From: an uncultured Nitrospiraceae bacterium
GTDB taxonomy: Bacteria > Nitrospirota > Thermodesulfovibrionia > Thermodesulfovibrionales > Dissulfurispiraceae
Length of the DNA stretch: 64,000 bases
Assembly (NCBI GenBank): GCA_963705105.1
Contig: CAVPIW010000006.1
Location: 800,001 to 864,000 of the forward strand
Reading direction: 5' to 3'
The notes beneath the pieces are model-generated. The model saw only the letters and a list, made by a program, of their open reading frames with translations, was not told the origin of the DNA and ran no database searches. Both the position numbers and the translations under genes were made by a program. Shown here in pieces: positions 8,040-18,939 of the stretch (position 1 is the first letter of the stretch; each line of letters begins with the position of its first letter).

Positions 8040-10739
8040 CTATCGCATGAAGCCGCTGAGTTTCCCCGCCAGGCCGGTTTTACCCGCCGCTTCCGTCCTG
8101 ATGGCGTCGACGGCACTTGCAAGTCCCTTCCTGGCCTCGGCGTCCCTGATGCCCGACGTCTTCGTCTTCGCAAAGTCGATGAACCTCTCCTCTTCGGAGC
8201 CCGCGGTGATATCGGCCTCCCTCTTACCCAGTCTCGTCAGGGAATTCGCAATGACTCTGACCGACATCATGTCGAGTTCCTTTCTCATGGCCAGGTCCTG
8301 TTCCGACGCCTTGTCGTTCTTCACCCTGTCGTCGATCTCCTTTGCGTAGTCCTCGATCCCCTTCAGGATATCGGCCGTCCGGGAAAGATCGGGGTCGACG
8401 AATTTTCCATTCGTTTTCGGCGGATGGATCGTGTCGATGATCGAATCTATCGTCCCGGTCTGATATTCGAGGGCATTCTTCTGCATGACCAGCTGGGCTT
8501 CATGAGTCGTGACCTTGGCCGAGACCTTGTCCAGGTCCGCCTTGACCTCATCGATGATTTTCGCCAGTTGCGTCTCCTTGCTGACGCGGGCGAGGAGGTC
8601 GTTCAGCCCGGACCAGTTGGGCTTCACCTCCAGCTCAGGCCAGTAATCCGCGTCCTCCTCCCCTTCCTCCATGTCAGGGCACCAGTAGGGCAGGGAGAAA
8701 TCCGCCACGATCCTCTTTGTCGCGGAGGAATAGACGAGGATGAGGGTGCCTCCATGCCGCACGGCGCCTGAGTGTCCGATTCCCGGGTTTTTCAGCAGGA
8801 AGCGGCCGAAAAGGGAGAGCGCCTTGAAGGTCTCGCCTGCGTGCTTCAGGAGGTCCTGTATCCTTTTGAGCCACAGGTACTGGGTGCTGTCGATCAGCGA
8901 CTCGTAGGGGCTGAAGGCCGAGTGGTACGTAACGCTGCGGACGCTCTTGTTCAGCTCTGCAGCCGTCACAACCGCCTCACCGTACACCTTCTCGAAGTTT
9001 GCGTGGTCGATGGCGTCACCGGGCTTTTTTACTTCCTCCCTTATCGTCCCCAGCTTCATTGCCAGCGCCTCTGTCTTCTGCTGCGAGAACTCCTTGATGG
9101 AAAGGGTCGCCGCCGACACTTCCTTTGAAGGGATGTCAGGCGATTCCTGGATGGCCTTGTTGAGCTTTCCGGCGTAGTCGGAAAGGTCGTCGATTCGGCT
9201 GTAGAGGTCTACCCTCAGGAGGTTGTGGAAGGCCTTCAGGGGCCCGAAGTACTTCGGCGGTTTCCAGGGCAGCAGATGGAGATGGTCTTCGATCTGGAAG
9301 GATTGGATCCTGACAGGAAGGTCGTGTTCCGAAAGGAGCTTCAGGATTTCTATCCGTGCCGCGTCATGCTCCTTGCCCACGTGACCTTCGATTCTCAGGC
9401 ATGGATAGGATGACAGGTCATACTTCAGGGGATTGAGCACCCTGTCGTTGTTGCTGTAACTCTTCGAGTGATAGGAATAGGGCTCGTCGGTCCTGCCCCT
9501 CCGGTAGAGTTCATAATTCCAGAAACGGTTGAGGGGGAACTCCTTCGAAATATCATAATAGAAGGGAATCGCCCGCATGCCCAGTGCCGATCCGGCTTCC
9601 CTGTCGGGAGTGATGACGACGGACCCGTCAACGACGGGAACGGCGAAGGTCCTGATCATGCAATCGATGCGGCGATGCAGGAAACGGGTCTTGTCGATGC
9701 CCGCACAGCAGTCGCTGCGGGCCGGCGAGGGGTAGAATCCATGGCGGAGCTCCCGTCTCGCGGTCAGGAGATGCAGCCCGACGGGACCGAGGAGGAGGTG
9801 TTTCGGAAATGCCTCCCTGTCGGGCAGGCATGTCTCGCCGTCCTGAAAGAGGCTCTCCCTGAACTCCCCGTATGCCTCGGAGAGGTCCCTGAGGAAATCC
9901 CAGATATACTGGATGCCGCCGGGAAGGGGGTGGCTTCCCAGGCCTGTCCTGATCTTCTCCAGTCTCTCCGTCCAGACTTTCGCCGGGTCATCTGCACAGA
10001 CGCCGCTCAGCAGGGGCTCGCACACTGAACAGGAGAGGGAGAGGACTTCCATAACCATCTTCAGGCAACCGTCGATCACGTCCTTGTAAGCGCCTGCCAG
10101 GCTGTCATAACTGTTGATGGTTTTGGTGCTCAGAAGAGGACGCCGACAGAAGAGGTCGGGAAGTCGTGCATAGAGGGCCCGAGGATTGACCATGTTCCCC
10201 AAAAGGTGGCCCGCCTTGTCCGCCTCCGCCAGGAGGAACCTGAGGTTCTCCCTTTTCATCTTGCCCTTGTTGTCGCAGGCGCCGCCCGTGCAGATGTCGG
10301 GGTCGAAATCATAGCTCTCCAGGTAAAGAATGCACACGTACTCATTTATACTGTTAAAGGCCGACAGGGGTTTCGCCTGTGCGGAGTCCTCCAGGAGTTC
10401 ATACAGGGGGATCTGTTTGTCGGCACTGATGAAGCCTGTATAGTGGGCCTCTTTATCTTCAAAGGCCCTGAACTTCGTGAACGTTCTGTCCGCCGGCAAG
10501 ACCAGAAGGTCGCCATCCGTTGTCACGGCGCAGCCCTTCGAGACGGTCAAGGATCCCTGGACGAGCCGCACATCGAGACCGCAGACGATACCGGCGCCGG
10601 ACAGGCAGAGGCGCGTCAGGCGATCCTGACTGTCAAGGTACACGCTGAGGTCGTTCAGTTGGTCCGCCGTGAGCAACTGGTCACGTTCAAAGACGGTGTA
10701 TGCATCGCCGGTGCCGGTGAATTTCAGGGTCTTTGCCAT
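8040..10739 (-). CDS. eCIS accessory structural protein (Afp13 position; fibre/crown-like)
   Basis: FERDQLLTADQLN..GAGIVCGL..GCAVT.DG N-terminus typical of CIS baseplate-associated proteins; RIEGHVGK; synteny. Confidence 0.65.
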   Translation of the reverse strand: MAKTLKFTGTGDAYTVFERDQLLTADQLNDLSVYLDSQDRLTRLCLSGAGIVCGLDVRLVQGSLTVSKGCAVTTDGDLLVLPADRTFTKFRAFEDKEAHYTGFISADKQIPLYELLEDSAQAKPLSAFNSINEYVCILYLESYDFDPDICTGGACDNKGKMKRENLRFLLAEADKAGHLLGNMVNPRALYARLPDLFCRRPLLSTKTINSYDSLAGAYKDVIDGCLKMVMEVLSLSCSVCEPLLSGVCADDPAKVWTERLEKIRTGLGSHPLPGGIQYIWDFLRDLSEAYGEFRESLFQDGETCLPDREAFPKHLLLGPVGLHLLTARRELRHGFYPSPARSDCCAGIDKTRFLHRRIDCMIRTFAVPVVDGSVVITPDREAGSALGMRAIPFYYDISKEFPLNRFWNYELYRRGRTDEPYSYHSKSYSNNDRVLNPLKYDLSSYPCLRIEGHVGKEHDAARIEILKLLSEHDLPVRIQSFQIEDHLHLLPWKPPKYFGPLKAFHNLLRVDLYSRIDDLSDYAGKLNKAIQESPDIPSKEVSAATLSIKEFSQQKTEALAMKLGTIREEVKKPGDAIDHANFEKVYGEAVVTAAELNKSVRSVTYHSAFSPYESLIDSTQYLWLKRIQDLLKHAGETFKALSLFGRFLLKNPGIGHSGAVRHGGTLILVYSSATKRIVADFSLPYWCPDMEEGEEDADYWPELEVKPNWSGLNDLLARVSKETQLAKIIDEVKADLDKVSAKVTTHEAQLVMQKNALEYQTGTIDSIIDTIHPPKTNGKFVDPDLSRTADILKGIEDYAKEIDDRVKNDKASEQDLAMRKELDMMSVRVIANSLTRLGKREADITAGSEEERFIDFAKTKTSGIRDAEARKGLASAVDAIRTEAAGKTGLAGKLSGFMR

Positions 10740-10743
10740 GTCA

Positions 10744-13347
10744 TCACTCCTCTTGTGTTCCTAAGGTGGTACTGTCGAGCACAAAGGTCCTCTTCCCGTC
10801 GGACGGCTCCGTGCATTCATACAATCCTGCTGCGGGATAGACGTTTTTCAGGGTGCTCATGACGTCGATAAGCCTTTGCAGTGATGCGCTCCTCTCCGTC
10901 CCGGAGCCGCCGGCCGAGGCCTGGAGCCACTTCCTGTATGCGTCCTCGAAGTCGGCCATCTGGGTTTGATTTATCCAGCATATCCTCGGCACAATGTGGG
11001 CCGGCGTTTCGAGGCGAATCGTCTTTTCCACGAAGCGCCGGAATTTCAGCGGGTCCTCCTGATCATTCCCGTTGTAGAACCTGGGAGAGTATGCAGGCAG
11101 GACAAAGGTCACCCTGAAGGAGTAAGGGTCAAGGGTTTGACCGTTTGAACAGCCTAAGCCGGTGCAGACAGGAAGCAGGGCGTCCGTCTTTGTCTTCGGC
11201 CTCAGAAGGATGTGCTCCACCATGAAGAGGCCTTCGTCGCTGTACCGCTGGACAAGGAAATCGACGAGGAAGTCGATTGCTGCCTCCCGCTCTTCTGCGG
11301 TCCTGAAGTACTCGATCCTGCGTGCAACCACATTCCTGTCTTCGTCGACGATGTTGAAGTAGAACCGGTGATCGGTCGTCTCGTTCCGGTCGAAACCTTC
11401 CCGCGTCATGGCCCTTGTGAGGGCCTTCCTCATTTCACCGATCGCTTTCTGCTCGTCCAGGTAACGGGTGCTGCTGCTGAGGAGGATCTTTCCCGAGGCC
11501 TCATCAATGACCCTGAACCGGTATTCCCTTATCGTGTCAGTATCCCTCTCCGGGTACACCTCGTACTTTATCCTGGCCAGGTTCCTCCGTCTGAAGTTCT
11601 CGATGCCGAGCAGACGTGCAAGACGCCGCTCCAGACCGGTCACATTCTCCGTGTCCCAAAGGTGTTTTTCATCGCCGTAATTGAAAGAAGAGGCACGGCC
11701 GCTGTTCGTCTCACCGTAATCCTTCAGGAAATCGGCCTTTGTCCTGATCGCCTTGTCCCTTCCCTGTCCGTTCATCGTGCTGTAGAGCACTGAAACATAC
11801 TCCGAGAAGTTTTCGGAGAACCTTGCCAGGAGATGGTCGAGGAAACGGTTTCTCCTCTCGTAGAACACTTCGCTCTTCTCCTGTTCCGTCAGGTCCTGTA
11901 AACGTATCTCCATGTTGCCCGCATCGGCGTAGATAGCGTCTGATCCTTCGAAGTCTTTGACGGTCTGTGAAAAATAGGTATGCCTGACGTCCCTGTCGAA
12001 AGAGAAGAGGTCCCTGACGTGGGCGAGCTGGGCAAAGCAGTTCGCGAGCACCTGGTCGAAAAAGAGCACATAGGCCTTCAGCTGTTTTGCCTGGGCCTTG
12101 CGGGTTTCCGAGGAGCTCTCCGGCAGCCCCGCCCGGCCGATGCCGTAGTTTTTCGGGAAATCGTTCTGAATGGACCTGTACAATGCCGGGTCCCTGTATG
12201 TGCCCGGGGGAATGGGAATATCTTCAGTCATTCTCCGCTGTCCCGCCCTCTCCTGCTCCCTCAGCGCAGAGAGGAGAACCCGCACTTTCTCCGTGTCTCC
12301 CCTGAAGGGGTGCACATCCTTGTAGAAGACGAGACGCGACTTCTCCAGGTTCAGGACCGCCTGTTTCCCCTGTGGGACGTCCACGGTCCAGGGGTCGGAA
12401 CTCATGACCGTTTCGCCGGAAGCCGTCAGCAGGGCGAGACGGAAATCACGGACGGATCGTACACCGTCGATGGCCATGATGATGCTGATCAGGTCGGAGA
12501 GCTGGATCGTCTTCTTCAGCGACGCCCCTTTCAGCTCCTCCCCGTCGATAAACCCGTGGGTCAGGACGGGGCCTTCGAAGATCTCTTCGGCCCGATATCC
12601 CTTGGCGATCATCTCCCTGAGCGAGTAGAAGCGGACCGGCGGGGTCAGATGCTTCTGCAGCTCATTGAAAATCCGGGCCTGAACATCGTTGACGTCAGTC
12701 CTGTGATCGAGATCGATCTCGGCGCAGAGGATGTACTGCTGTCGACCGATCACGGTCACGCCGAGGAAGTCCTCGCAGAGGTTTCTGCTGTCCATGAGCC
12801 TGGCCCGTGCCCTGTTGATGACCTCCTGCTCCTTTTCATTGTCTCCTGACAGGTCTTCATCGAGCTCAAGGACGACATTGTAGAGCCCCCCCAGGGTGAT
12901 CGTCTCCGTATCCGCCTTTCCCGGCTTTTCGGTCGTAAGACGGCTTTCGGAGCAGTCCAGATAGAGAGGATCGACGACGGCCTTTTCGATCCAGGCATTC
13001 CTGACGCCCTCTATGTCGAGAAGGAGACGGCGGTAATCCTCCTCTGTCAGGGGGCAGGAGGGGAGTATGGTGAGGGCGCTATGGAAGTGCCTGCGCATGG
13101 CCCCGGCAGTGTTCTTTTCTGCGGCGATAAGGTCCTCCAGAGGAAAAGATATGCGGTAGCCCAGATCCGTCATGGCATAGCAGAGAAGCTCGAGGATGGT
13201 CACGCCGGGATCGTGGACGTTATAATCCGTCCAGTGCCTGTGGGCGAGGGTCTCGATGTGGCTGAGACCCTCCCTGCGGAGGACCTCGTAGTTCTGCGAG
13301 GGCTCGCCGGACTTGTCTTTCGGTATGGTCAGACTCTCGGCCATCAC
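10744..13347 (-). CDS. eCIS baseplate protein (Afp12-like)
   Basis: WTDYNVHDPGVTILELLCYAMTDLGYR, RNLCEDF, QLKAYVLFFDQ, VEHILLRP, ETPAHI motifs. Confidence 0.85.
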   Translation of the reverse strand: MMAESLTIPKDKSGEPSQNYEVLRREGLSHIETLAHRHWTDYNVHDPGVTILELLCYAMTDLGYRISFPLEDLIAAEKNTAGAMRRHFHSALTILPSCPLTEEDYRRLLLDIEGVRNAWIEKAVVDPLYLDCSESRLTTEKPGKADTETITLGGLYNVVLELDEDLSGDNEKEQEVINRARARLMDSRNLCEDFLGVTVIGRQQYILCAEIDLDHRTDVNDVQARIFNELQKHLTPPVRFYSLREMIAKGYRAEEIFEGPVLTHGFIDGEELKGASLKKTIQLSDLISIIMAIDGVRSVRDFRLALLTASGETVMSSDPWTVDVPQGKQAVLNLEKSRLVFYKDVHPFRGDTEKVRVLLSALREQERAGQRRMTEDIPIPPGTYRDPALYRSIQNDFPKNYGIGRAGLPESSSETRKAQAKQLKAYVLFFDQVLANCFAQLAHVRDLFSFDRDVRHTYFSQTVKDFEGSDAIYADAGNMEIRLQDLTEQEKSEVFYERRNRFLDHLLARFSENFSEYVSVLYSTMNGQGRDKAIRTKADFLKDYGETNSGRASSFNYGDEKHLWDTENVTGLERRLARLLGIENFRRRNLARIKYEVYPERDTDTIREYRFRVIDEASGKILLSSSTRYLDEQKAIGEMRKALTRAMTREGFDRNETTDHRFYFNIVDEDRNVVARRIEYFRTAEEREAAIDFLVDFLVQRYSDEGLFMVEHILLRPKTKTDALLPVCTGLGCSNGQTLDPYSFRVTFVLPAYSPRFYNGNDQEDPLKFRRFVEKTIRLETPAHIVPRICWINQTQMADFEDAYRKWLQASAGGSGTERSASLQRLIDVMSTLKNVYPAAGLYECTEPSDGKRTFVLDSTTLGTQEE

Positions 13348-16300
13348 GTGCTCCCTTCCATGCTTACGATCGTGTGCTTCCGCGCCGACACCAGGATGGA
13401 CCGGGCACTGGACGGACGAGCCGCATCCTGTATCAGCCGGATCACCCCGCCGGTCCTCTGGTACATCCTGAATTCCCTTATATACTCTATGCAGGGGAGA
13501 TGCTCAATGGAGGAGATCACCTGGGACCTGTGAATCCGGCCTCCGAAGGAGATGTCGGCGCCGGCCCGGTAAGCCCAGGGACAAAAGAGTTTTTTCAGTT
13601 CCTCCTGGAGTTGAGAGCTCCAGTACCCAAAGTCGTATCCCTGCTTAAAGGCCACTTTGAAGGCAGTCTTTATCTCCTCATACGCGGGGTTCTTCACATG
13701 GACCGTCACGGAAGGGCTCACGTGAAGCTTGAGGAATTCTCCGATCTCCGTCAGGGTTCCGAGGTCGACCCTCGGACGGAGGGGATCGACGGCGTTCCTG
13801 TTCGACAGGTCAGGGATGACGACCACTGTGACATGGCCGGGGGCGGTTTCCGAGGAGGGGGACGTATGGCTGAGACACTTTACCTTGTAGATGCGAGGAA
13901 AATGCTCGAGGATGAGACGCTCATAGTCCCAGACGGTGATGGCCCTCTTCTTGTGGCGCAGACGCTCACTCACACGGGTATAAAACGATGATGCGTCTTC
14001 CGCAGCCCTTCCCCCGAAGGACGCATAGGGCTGGCTCGTGGTCTTCACTGACGCCATATCCTCGGAGAGCCTCGTGATGCTCTTGGCAGGCAGGGCTTGT
14101 GAAAGATGGGACGGATCGTTCCCCTTGTCGACAAACTGGGCGACGCCCGCGTTCGCCTGCACGTCGATGAGCTGACAGAGGGCGTCCGTGTCCTTTTCCA
14201 CGACGGCCCTCAGCCATATGCAGCCCTTGGGCAGCACCGTGTCGGTATCCGTCGCCTCCCGGGGAATCGAAAAAACGATGATACCGCTCCTGAGAAGGCC
14301 CTTTGTCGAGTCTGAAACGATGTCCGCCTCCCCGAGGGCCGTCCAGGCATTTCCGGTGAGAACGCTCCATCCGACCTCTACCCTGTCCTTGTCGGGATTG
14401 GCACTCCCCTCGGCTACCTGAAAGAGAAGCGATGCTTGCTGCTGGGGCTTTAGTCCTTGGATCCCGATGTAGAACTCCCCTTCGTTCCGGTACTGGGGGA
14501 GAAGATAGATGGAGGGCTCTGCCCCACCCGGCGACTTTGCGAGGAATCCGTGCTCCCTGCTGTGGCCGAAGGCCGTGACGTGGAAGAGTCGCACGTCCTG
14601 GCCGAGGAAATCATCCTTTTGCCGGGACGAGGGGTTCACCACCCCTGATGTGGCTCTGTAGTTCAGACTCAGGGTTTCAATGACAGGTGTATAGGGCGCC
14701 TCGGGAAGTGTGAGGCCGTTCTTGGAGGTGCCGCTCACATACTCGATCACATTCCTGGCATAGAGATCACGATAGTCGCTGTGCAGGAAGTCCCTTCTCA
14801 ACCGCAGGGTGAAGCGCTTTTTCTTTCCCTGCGGGACGAAAAGGAACGTTCCGGCCTGCTGGATCCCCGCATGGATCGGAGCTGCGGGCGTCTTTGACGT
14901 GAGCTCCAGCATCTTCACTTCTTCAAGGGCCCAACTGCTGCCGAGGCAGGCCAGCTCAAAAACTTTCCACTCATCCGCCGGGGCGGATATCTGGGAGATT
15001 TCTCCCCCCTGCGAGGGGATGTCGACGGTCCGTCGCGCGTCCGTTGAGTGAAAAAGGTGAACGGGGTCCCAGGATTTTCCGTCAGGACCATACAGGGCGG
15101 CGGTGAAATAATCGTTTCCCCCCACAATGGCATTACCGTTGCTGTCCGTGTACGCCTGGTAATGATTTTTCAGGCTCGCCACGGGCACCTTCCACTGGAC
15201 CGTGAAGGAGAAGCTGTCAATGCTCTTCGACTCCGCTTCCCTGTTGCCGACGTGAAAAGAGGCGCCGGCCTGGGGGGACGGTCCGAAGGGCATGAAAGGT
15301 TTCGTCGCGTCGAGGGCACCGAAATCGTTCTCCACAGTGAGGCCTTTGAGGCCTTTCACCTCCACTTCAAGTTGTATCCCCACTATGACGGCATCCCTCA
15401 GGACGGCATACCCGCTGGGGCTCCCCGTCGTGCGGAGAAGGACGAGCATGAGGGGGTCCGTCGTCTCATAAGAACCGCCGTGGATCTTGCTGTCATAGCC
15501 CGTGACCGCTTCATCAGTTCCGGAGAAGGATAGGGAAATCTGGAACTGTCCGCTCTTTCCCTCTGACGGGACCAGTGAGGCCGTCTTCGGCCCGATCCAT
15601 CCTTTCTTGCCCGTCAGTGAGACCTGGAAGATGTCCCTGCCGAAGTCGGCTGTCACTGCAGTGTCGTCAAGACCTGAAAGGGTGAGGAGTGCCGTGACCT
15701 TCCTCTCCCCTCCGGTGATGGCGAGGTAGTGCGATGAGAGAGCGAAGCCGATCTGGGCCCGCTGCTGCTTAACTGTTCCGAAGGCGCTCCATTTCGGCTC
15801 CGGCGTGTCGAAGGCGCCGCCCAGCCCGTCGGAGGAATCGGCCTTCGGCGCCACGTGGAGCGTGTCGCGCAAGGTGTCGTAATGGACGGAGCGGAGGTGC
15901 GCAATCTTGTATGGCCGGACCGTCACATCCTCCTTCAGGACGTAGAACAGCTCGTTCCCCTTCTTGTCCTTCCCGGCGCTGAGGAGGGTTCCCTTCCTGA
16001 TGAGGGTATCGGCAGCATGTTTTTTCAGTTCGAAGAGGACGTGGACCCTGTCGGGAATCGCCTCTCTCTTCTTCATCCCCAGGACCTGCCGGTAATAGAA
16101 GTCGAGGTGGCGGGCCGTGATGGAGTTCATTGCGTCCTGACCATGCCGGAGCAGGAGCAGGAAGGCAAGATAGAGCGCCAGGTGTGGCTCGTGGGCGCCG
16201 TATCCCGATAGTTTCGCAACGACCTCCGAGGGATCCTGACTGAAGAAGGGCTTCCAGGTTCCGCACGGAGCGTTTGTGGCTTCATCATAAAACGTGAGGT

Positions 16301-16460
16301 TATCGGCAAACGCTCCTGCAAAAACGAGCCAGTCCTTCAGGCTCCGGTCATCGACCCTGGCATAAGAGGGGTCCAGCTCTCCGGGAAAGCGCCCGGTCCT
16401 GCTCTGGCCGTCCCTCAGGAGATGAAAGATCACTTCAGGTCCCCGTTCCATCGTTTCCAT
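13344..16460 (-). CDS. eCIS baseplate J/gp47-like protein (Afp11-like)
   Basis: PHLALYLAFL..HLDFYY; QPYASFGGR..FYTRVSERLRHKKRAITVWDYERLILEHFP. Confidence 0.88.
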   Translation of the reverse strand: METMERGPEVIFHLLRDGQSRTGRFPGELDPSYARVDDRSLKDWLVFAGAFADNLTFYDEATNAPCGTWKPFFSQDPSEVVAKLSGYGAHEPHLALYLAFLLLLRHGQDAMNSITARHLDFYYRQVLGMKKREAIPDRVHVLFELKKHAADTLIRKGTLLSAGKDKKGNELFYVLKEDVTVRPYKIAHLRSVHYDTLRDTLHVAPKADSSDGLGGAFDTPEPKWSAFGTVKQQRAQIGFALSSHYLAITGGERKVTALLTLSGLDDTAVTADFGRDIFQVSLTGKKGWIGPKTASLVPSEGKSGQFQISLSFSGTDEAVTGYDSKIHGGSYETTDPLMLVLLRTTGSPSGYAVLRDAVIVGIQLEVEVKGLKGLTVENDFGALDATKPFMPFGPSPQAGASFHVGNREAESKSIDSFSFTVQWKVPVASLKNHYQAYTDSNGNAIVGGNDYFTAALYGPDGKSWDPVHLFHSTDARRTVDIPSQGGEISQISAPADEWKVFELACLGSSWALEEVKMLELTSKTPAAPIHAGIQQAGTFLFVPQGKKKRFTLRLRRDFLHSDYRDLYARNVIEYVSGTSKNGLTLPEAPYTPVIETLSLNYRATSGVVNPSSRQKDDFLGQDVRLFHVTAFGHSREHGFLAKSPGGAEPSIYLLPQYRNEGEFYIGIQGLKPQQQASLLFQVAEGSANPDKDRVEVGWSVLTGNAWTALGEADIVSDSTKGLLRSGIIVFSIPREATDTDTVLPKGCIWLRAVVEKDTDALCQLIDVQANAGVAQFVDKGNDPSHLSQALPAKSITRLSEDMASVKTTSQPYASFGGRAAEDASSFYTRVSERLRHKKRAITVWDYERLILEHFPRIYKVKCLSHTSPSSETAPGHVTVVVIPDLSNRNAVDPLRPRVDLGTLTEIGEFLKLHVSPSVTVHVKNPAYEEIKTAFKVAFKQGYDFGYWSSQLQEELKKLFCPWAYRAGADISFGGRIHRSQVISSIEHLPCIEYIREFRMYQRTGGVIRLIQDAARPSSARSILVSARKHTIVSMEGST

Positions 16461-16463
16461 AGA

Positions 16464-16889
16464 TCACATCATCCCCTCTCCTTCACTGTAGAAGGGGTAG
16501 ACGAAGTTGTACCGGGAGTTCGTCGTCCTGACGGTATAATCGATCCGTATGTCGAGCCTGCCTTCACCTTCAGGAACGGGCAGGATGTCAACAGCCTCGA
16601 GGGATATCCTCGGTTCGAAGTGGAGGATCGCCTGCTCAATGACCCCCTGCACGTAAGTCTTGAGTGTTGTGCTGAGGGGCTCGAAGACCAGGGCTTCCAG
16701 GTTGCAACCGTAATCGGGACGGAGGATCCGTTCTCTCGGTGCCGTTGACAGCAGGATCTCCAGGCTCTTTTCGATATCCTCCTCGTCGGAGGTCATCCCG
16801 ACTCCCCCTGTACTGACGGAGAAAGCGGGAGGAAAGCCCCAGCCTCTGCCGAGAAATGATGTGTACATGACATCTTCCTTATTCTCCAT
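16464..16889 (-). CDS. GPW/gp25 baseplate protein (Afp9-like)
   Basis: FLGRGWGFPP..ILLST.P.ER..RPDYGC..FEPRI..NFVYPFY. Confidence 0.93.
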   Translation of the reverse strand: MENKEDVMYTSFLGRGWGFPPAFSVSTGGVGMTSDEEDIEKSLEILLSTAPRERILRPDYGCNLEALVFEPLSTTLKTYVQGVIEQAILHFEPRISLEAVDILPVPEGEGRLDIRIDYTVRTTNSRYNFVYPFYSEGEGMM

Positions 16890-16898
16890 GGTTTTCCC

Positions 16899-17177
16899 TC
16901 ATCCGATCAGGACCGTCGGCGCCCCGAGGACAGCGGAGGCGCCGCATACGGAGGCATCGCCCACCCTCAGGGCAGGCTTGCCGCCTATCAATACCGTGGC
17001 GCTTCCCGTAGGAAAGGGACCGACGGTGGGCTGGTGTCCCGTGGGAGGAAGCGCACAGACGTGGAGATCCGCAGCCACCGCTGCCGGCATTCCGCCGATC
17101 AGGACCGTCGGCATGCCCGGCCCCGAGATGACACCGCCGTGATTCGTCACATCTCCTGTTCTCGCTGCAGGTGGCAC
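16899..17177 (-). CDS. PAAR spike-tip protein (Afp10-like)
   Basis: PAARTGD..HGG..GSATVLIGGKPALRVGD..CGA..G.PTVLIG. Confidence 0.93.
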   Translation of the reverse strand: MPPAARTGDVTNHGGVISGPGMPTVLIGGMPAAVAADLHVCALPPTGHQPTVGPFPTGSATVLIGGKPALRVGDASVCGASAVLGAPTVLIG

Positions 17178-17190
17178 TCTCCACCCTCCC

Positions 17191-18939
17191 TCAGTTGATC
17201 TGGACCAGGGACCCTTTGATCACCATGACGCCGGCGGATGTGAATTCGGCACCCGCCGATCCCTCGACCTTGATGCTTTGATCGGCCTTGAAGCCCACCG
17301 AGGACCCGCCGACCGTCAGTGTGCCGCCGGCCTTCAAAGTGATATCACCCTGGCTTTCGAGGGTTATGCCCTGCGAGCCCATGTCTATCTTGTTACCGTT
17401 TTCATCTTTCACCGAGATGGTCCCTGCCGCCTCGTCGAGACTGACGGACTTTCCCGCCGGGGTCTCGATGGAGATGCTCTTCTTGTCGTCATTGAAGAGG
17501 AGCTTCATGCCGCTCCGCGTGACGAAGCCCTTCTCGTGGTTGTCGTCGCTGGAGCTGATCGGGGCGGGCTTCGCACTGCTGTTCATCATGCCCAGGACGA
17601 TGGGATCACGGGGATCTTCGTTCAGGAAGCCCACGATCACTTCATCGCCGATCTCCGGCCTGAAGAAGGAGCCCCTTTGGCTGCCGGCGTCGAGTGTGGC
17701 CAGGCGTGCCCAGGTGCCGCTGTCGTTCCCGTTCACGAGAGGCATCGTCACCTGTATCCGGTCTTCACCATCCGGATCGCCCTGGAGCTGTGTCACAATG
17801 CCGACCTGGAGCCCTCTCACAGCGGGGATGAGCCCCGATGCCGGCCGGGCGCTTACTTCCCGGTCCTCGGTAAACCAGAGGGCCGATCCGCCGAACTGGG
17901 CATCCGTCGTCCAGAGCCCTCCCGCTATCTCGTGGCGGACGCCTGTGACGAAGGCAGTGCCGTTGAACCGGTCACCGAATCCCTTCAGCTCAAAGGTGTC
18001 GCCGGGGTTGACGTCGCCGTATCCCGTGAACTTCACCCTGCCGCGGACCTTGGACAGACGGGACTTGAGGGACTGGGCGTCCGCCCATGTCCTGATCTCC
18101 GGTTCCCTGCGGCAGCCGCCGTGCTGGACCGTGAAGTCGCTTTGCCCCAGGACCTGGGAGAGAGAGCCGGCCGTCAGATTCCCGGGAAGTGTTATCTGAG
18201 GTTCGGCTCCCTGGGGCGACAGGAGGCTTTGGTTCGCCGCGTCCCAGGACCGGGCCGTCACGGGCGGGAGCTGGTCCCTCGCATCGATCTCGGCCTCGAA
18301 TTCGAGGACTGAGGAGCCGTAGAGGACGGCGATCTTCGGCTGCGCCGATGTATTCGGACTTTTGACGGCCACGCCGTCGCCGTTGGTCAGGACCTGCATG
18401 CCGTTCACTTCCGCACGGTTCACCATGAAGTCCCAGTCCGTGCAGGCATACTGGACCAGTTCGCGATGCTGCACCGCCGTTGCGTCCACATCGGCTGAGA
18501 GCGAGTATGACCCCAGAAGGGCCTGAAAGACGTCGCTGTCCTTCATATTGTGATAATAGGCGCTCTTTCGTCCCACCGTGAGTTTCACCGCCTCGTGCCT
18601 GCAATCCGCGACGAGAGTCGACGGCCCCCGTCGTCCCGCCTTAATGGCGTGTTTGACAATAATGCCCCTGAAGATCGTCGACTCCTGAGAATGGTACCCG
18701 GCCTGTATCTCCACAGACTTGCCGGGCACGAAGAGGGCCGAACTGCTAAGTCTGAAGTCCTCCCGGGCCGCGTCGCCGTCCAGGAGGACTATCCTCGCCT
18801 GGGTGATCCTGTTGGCCGCTTTCGTCACCACGAGGGAGAAGACATGGCACTCACCGCTCAATTCCCGGCCGTCGACAAGAACCGTAAAGGTCACATTGTC
18901 CGACGGCGCTGCAGTGGGGATAGTGCTTCCGTCACCCAC
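17191..18939 (-). CDS. vgrG: VgrG-like spike protein (Afp8-like)
   Basis: QYACTDWDFM, VRGRVKFTG, DPDGEDRI, WARLATLDAG..GSFFRPEIGDEVIVGF..DPRDPIVLG. Confidence 0.9.
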   Translation of the reverse strand: MGDGSTIPTAAPSDNVTFTVLVDGRELSGECHVFSLVVTKAANRITQARIVLLDGDAAREDFRLSSSALFVPGKSVEIQAGYHSQESTIFRGIIVKHAIKAGRRGPSTLVADCRHEAVKLTVGRKSAYYHNMKDSDVFQALLGSYSLSADVDATAVQHRELVQYACTDWDFMVNRAEVNGMQVLTNGDGVAVKSPNTSAQPKIAVLYGSSVLEFEAEIDARDQLPPVTARSWDAANQSLLSPQGAEPQITLPGNLTAGSLSQVLGQSDFTVQHGGCRREPEIRTWADAQSLKSRLSKVRGRVKFTGYGDVNPGDTFELKGFGDRFNGTAFVTGVRHEIAGGLWTTDAQFGGSALWFTEDREVSARPASGLIPAVRGLQVGIVTQLQGDPDGEDRIQVTMPLVNGNDSGTWARLATLDAGSQRGSFFRPEIGDEVIVGFLNEDPRDPIVLGMMNSSAKPAPISSSDDNHEKGFVTRSGMKLLFNDDKKSISIETPAGKSVSLDEAAGTISVKDENGNKIDMGSQGITLESQGDITLKAGGTLTVGGSSVGFKADQSIKVEGSAGAEFTSAGVMVIKGSLVQIN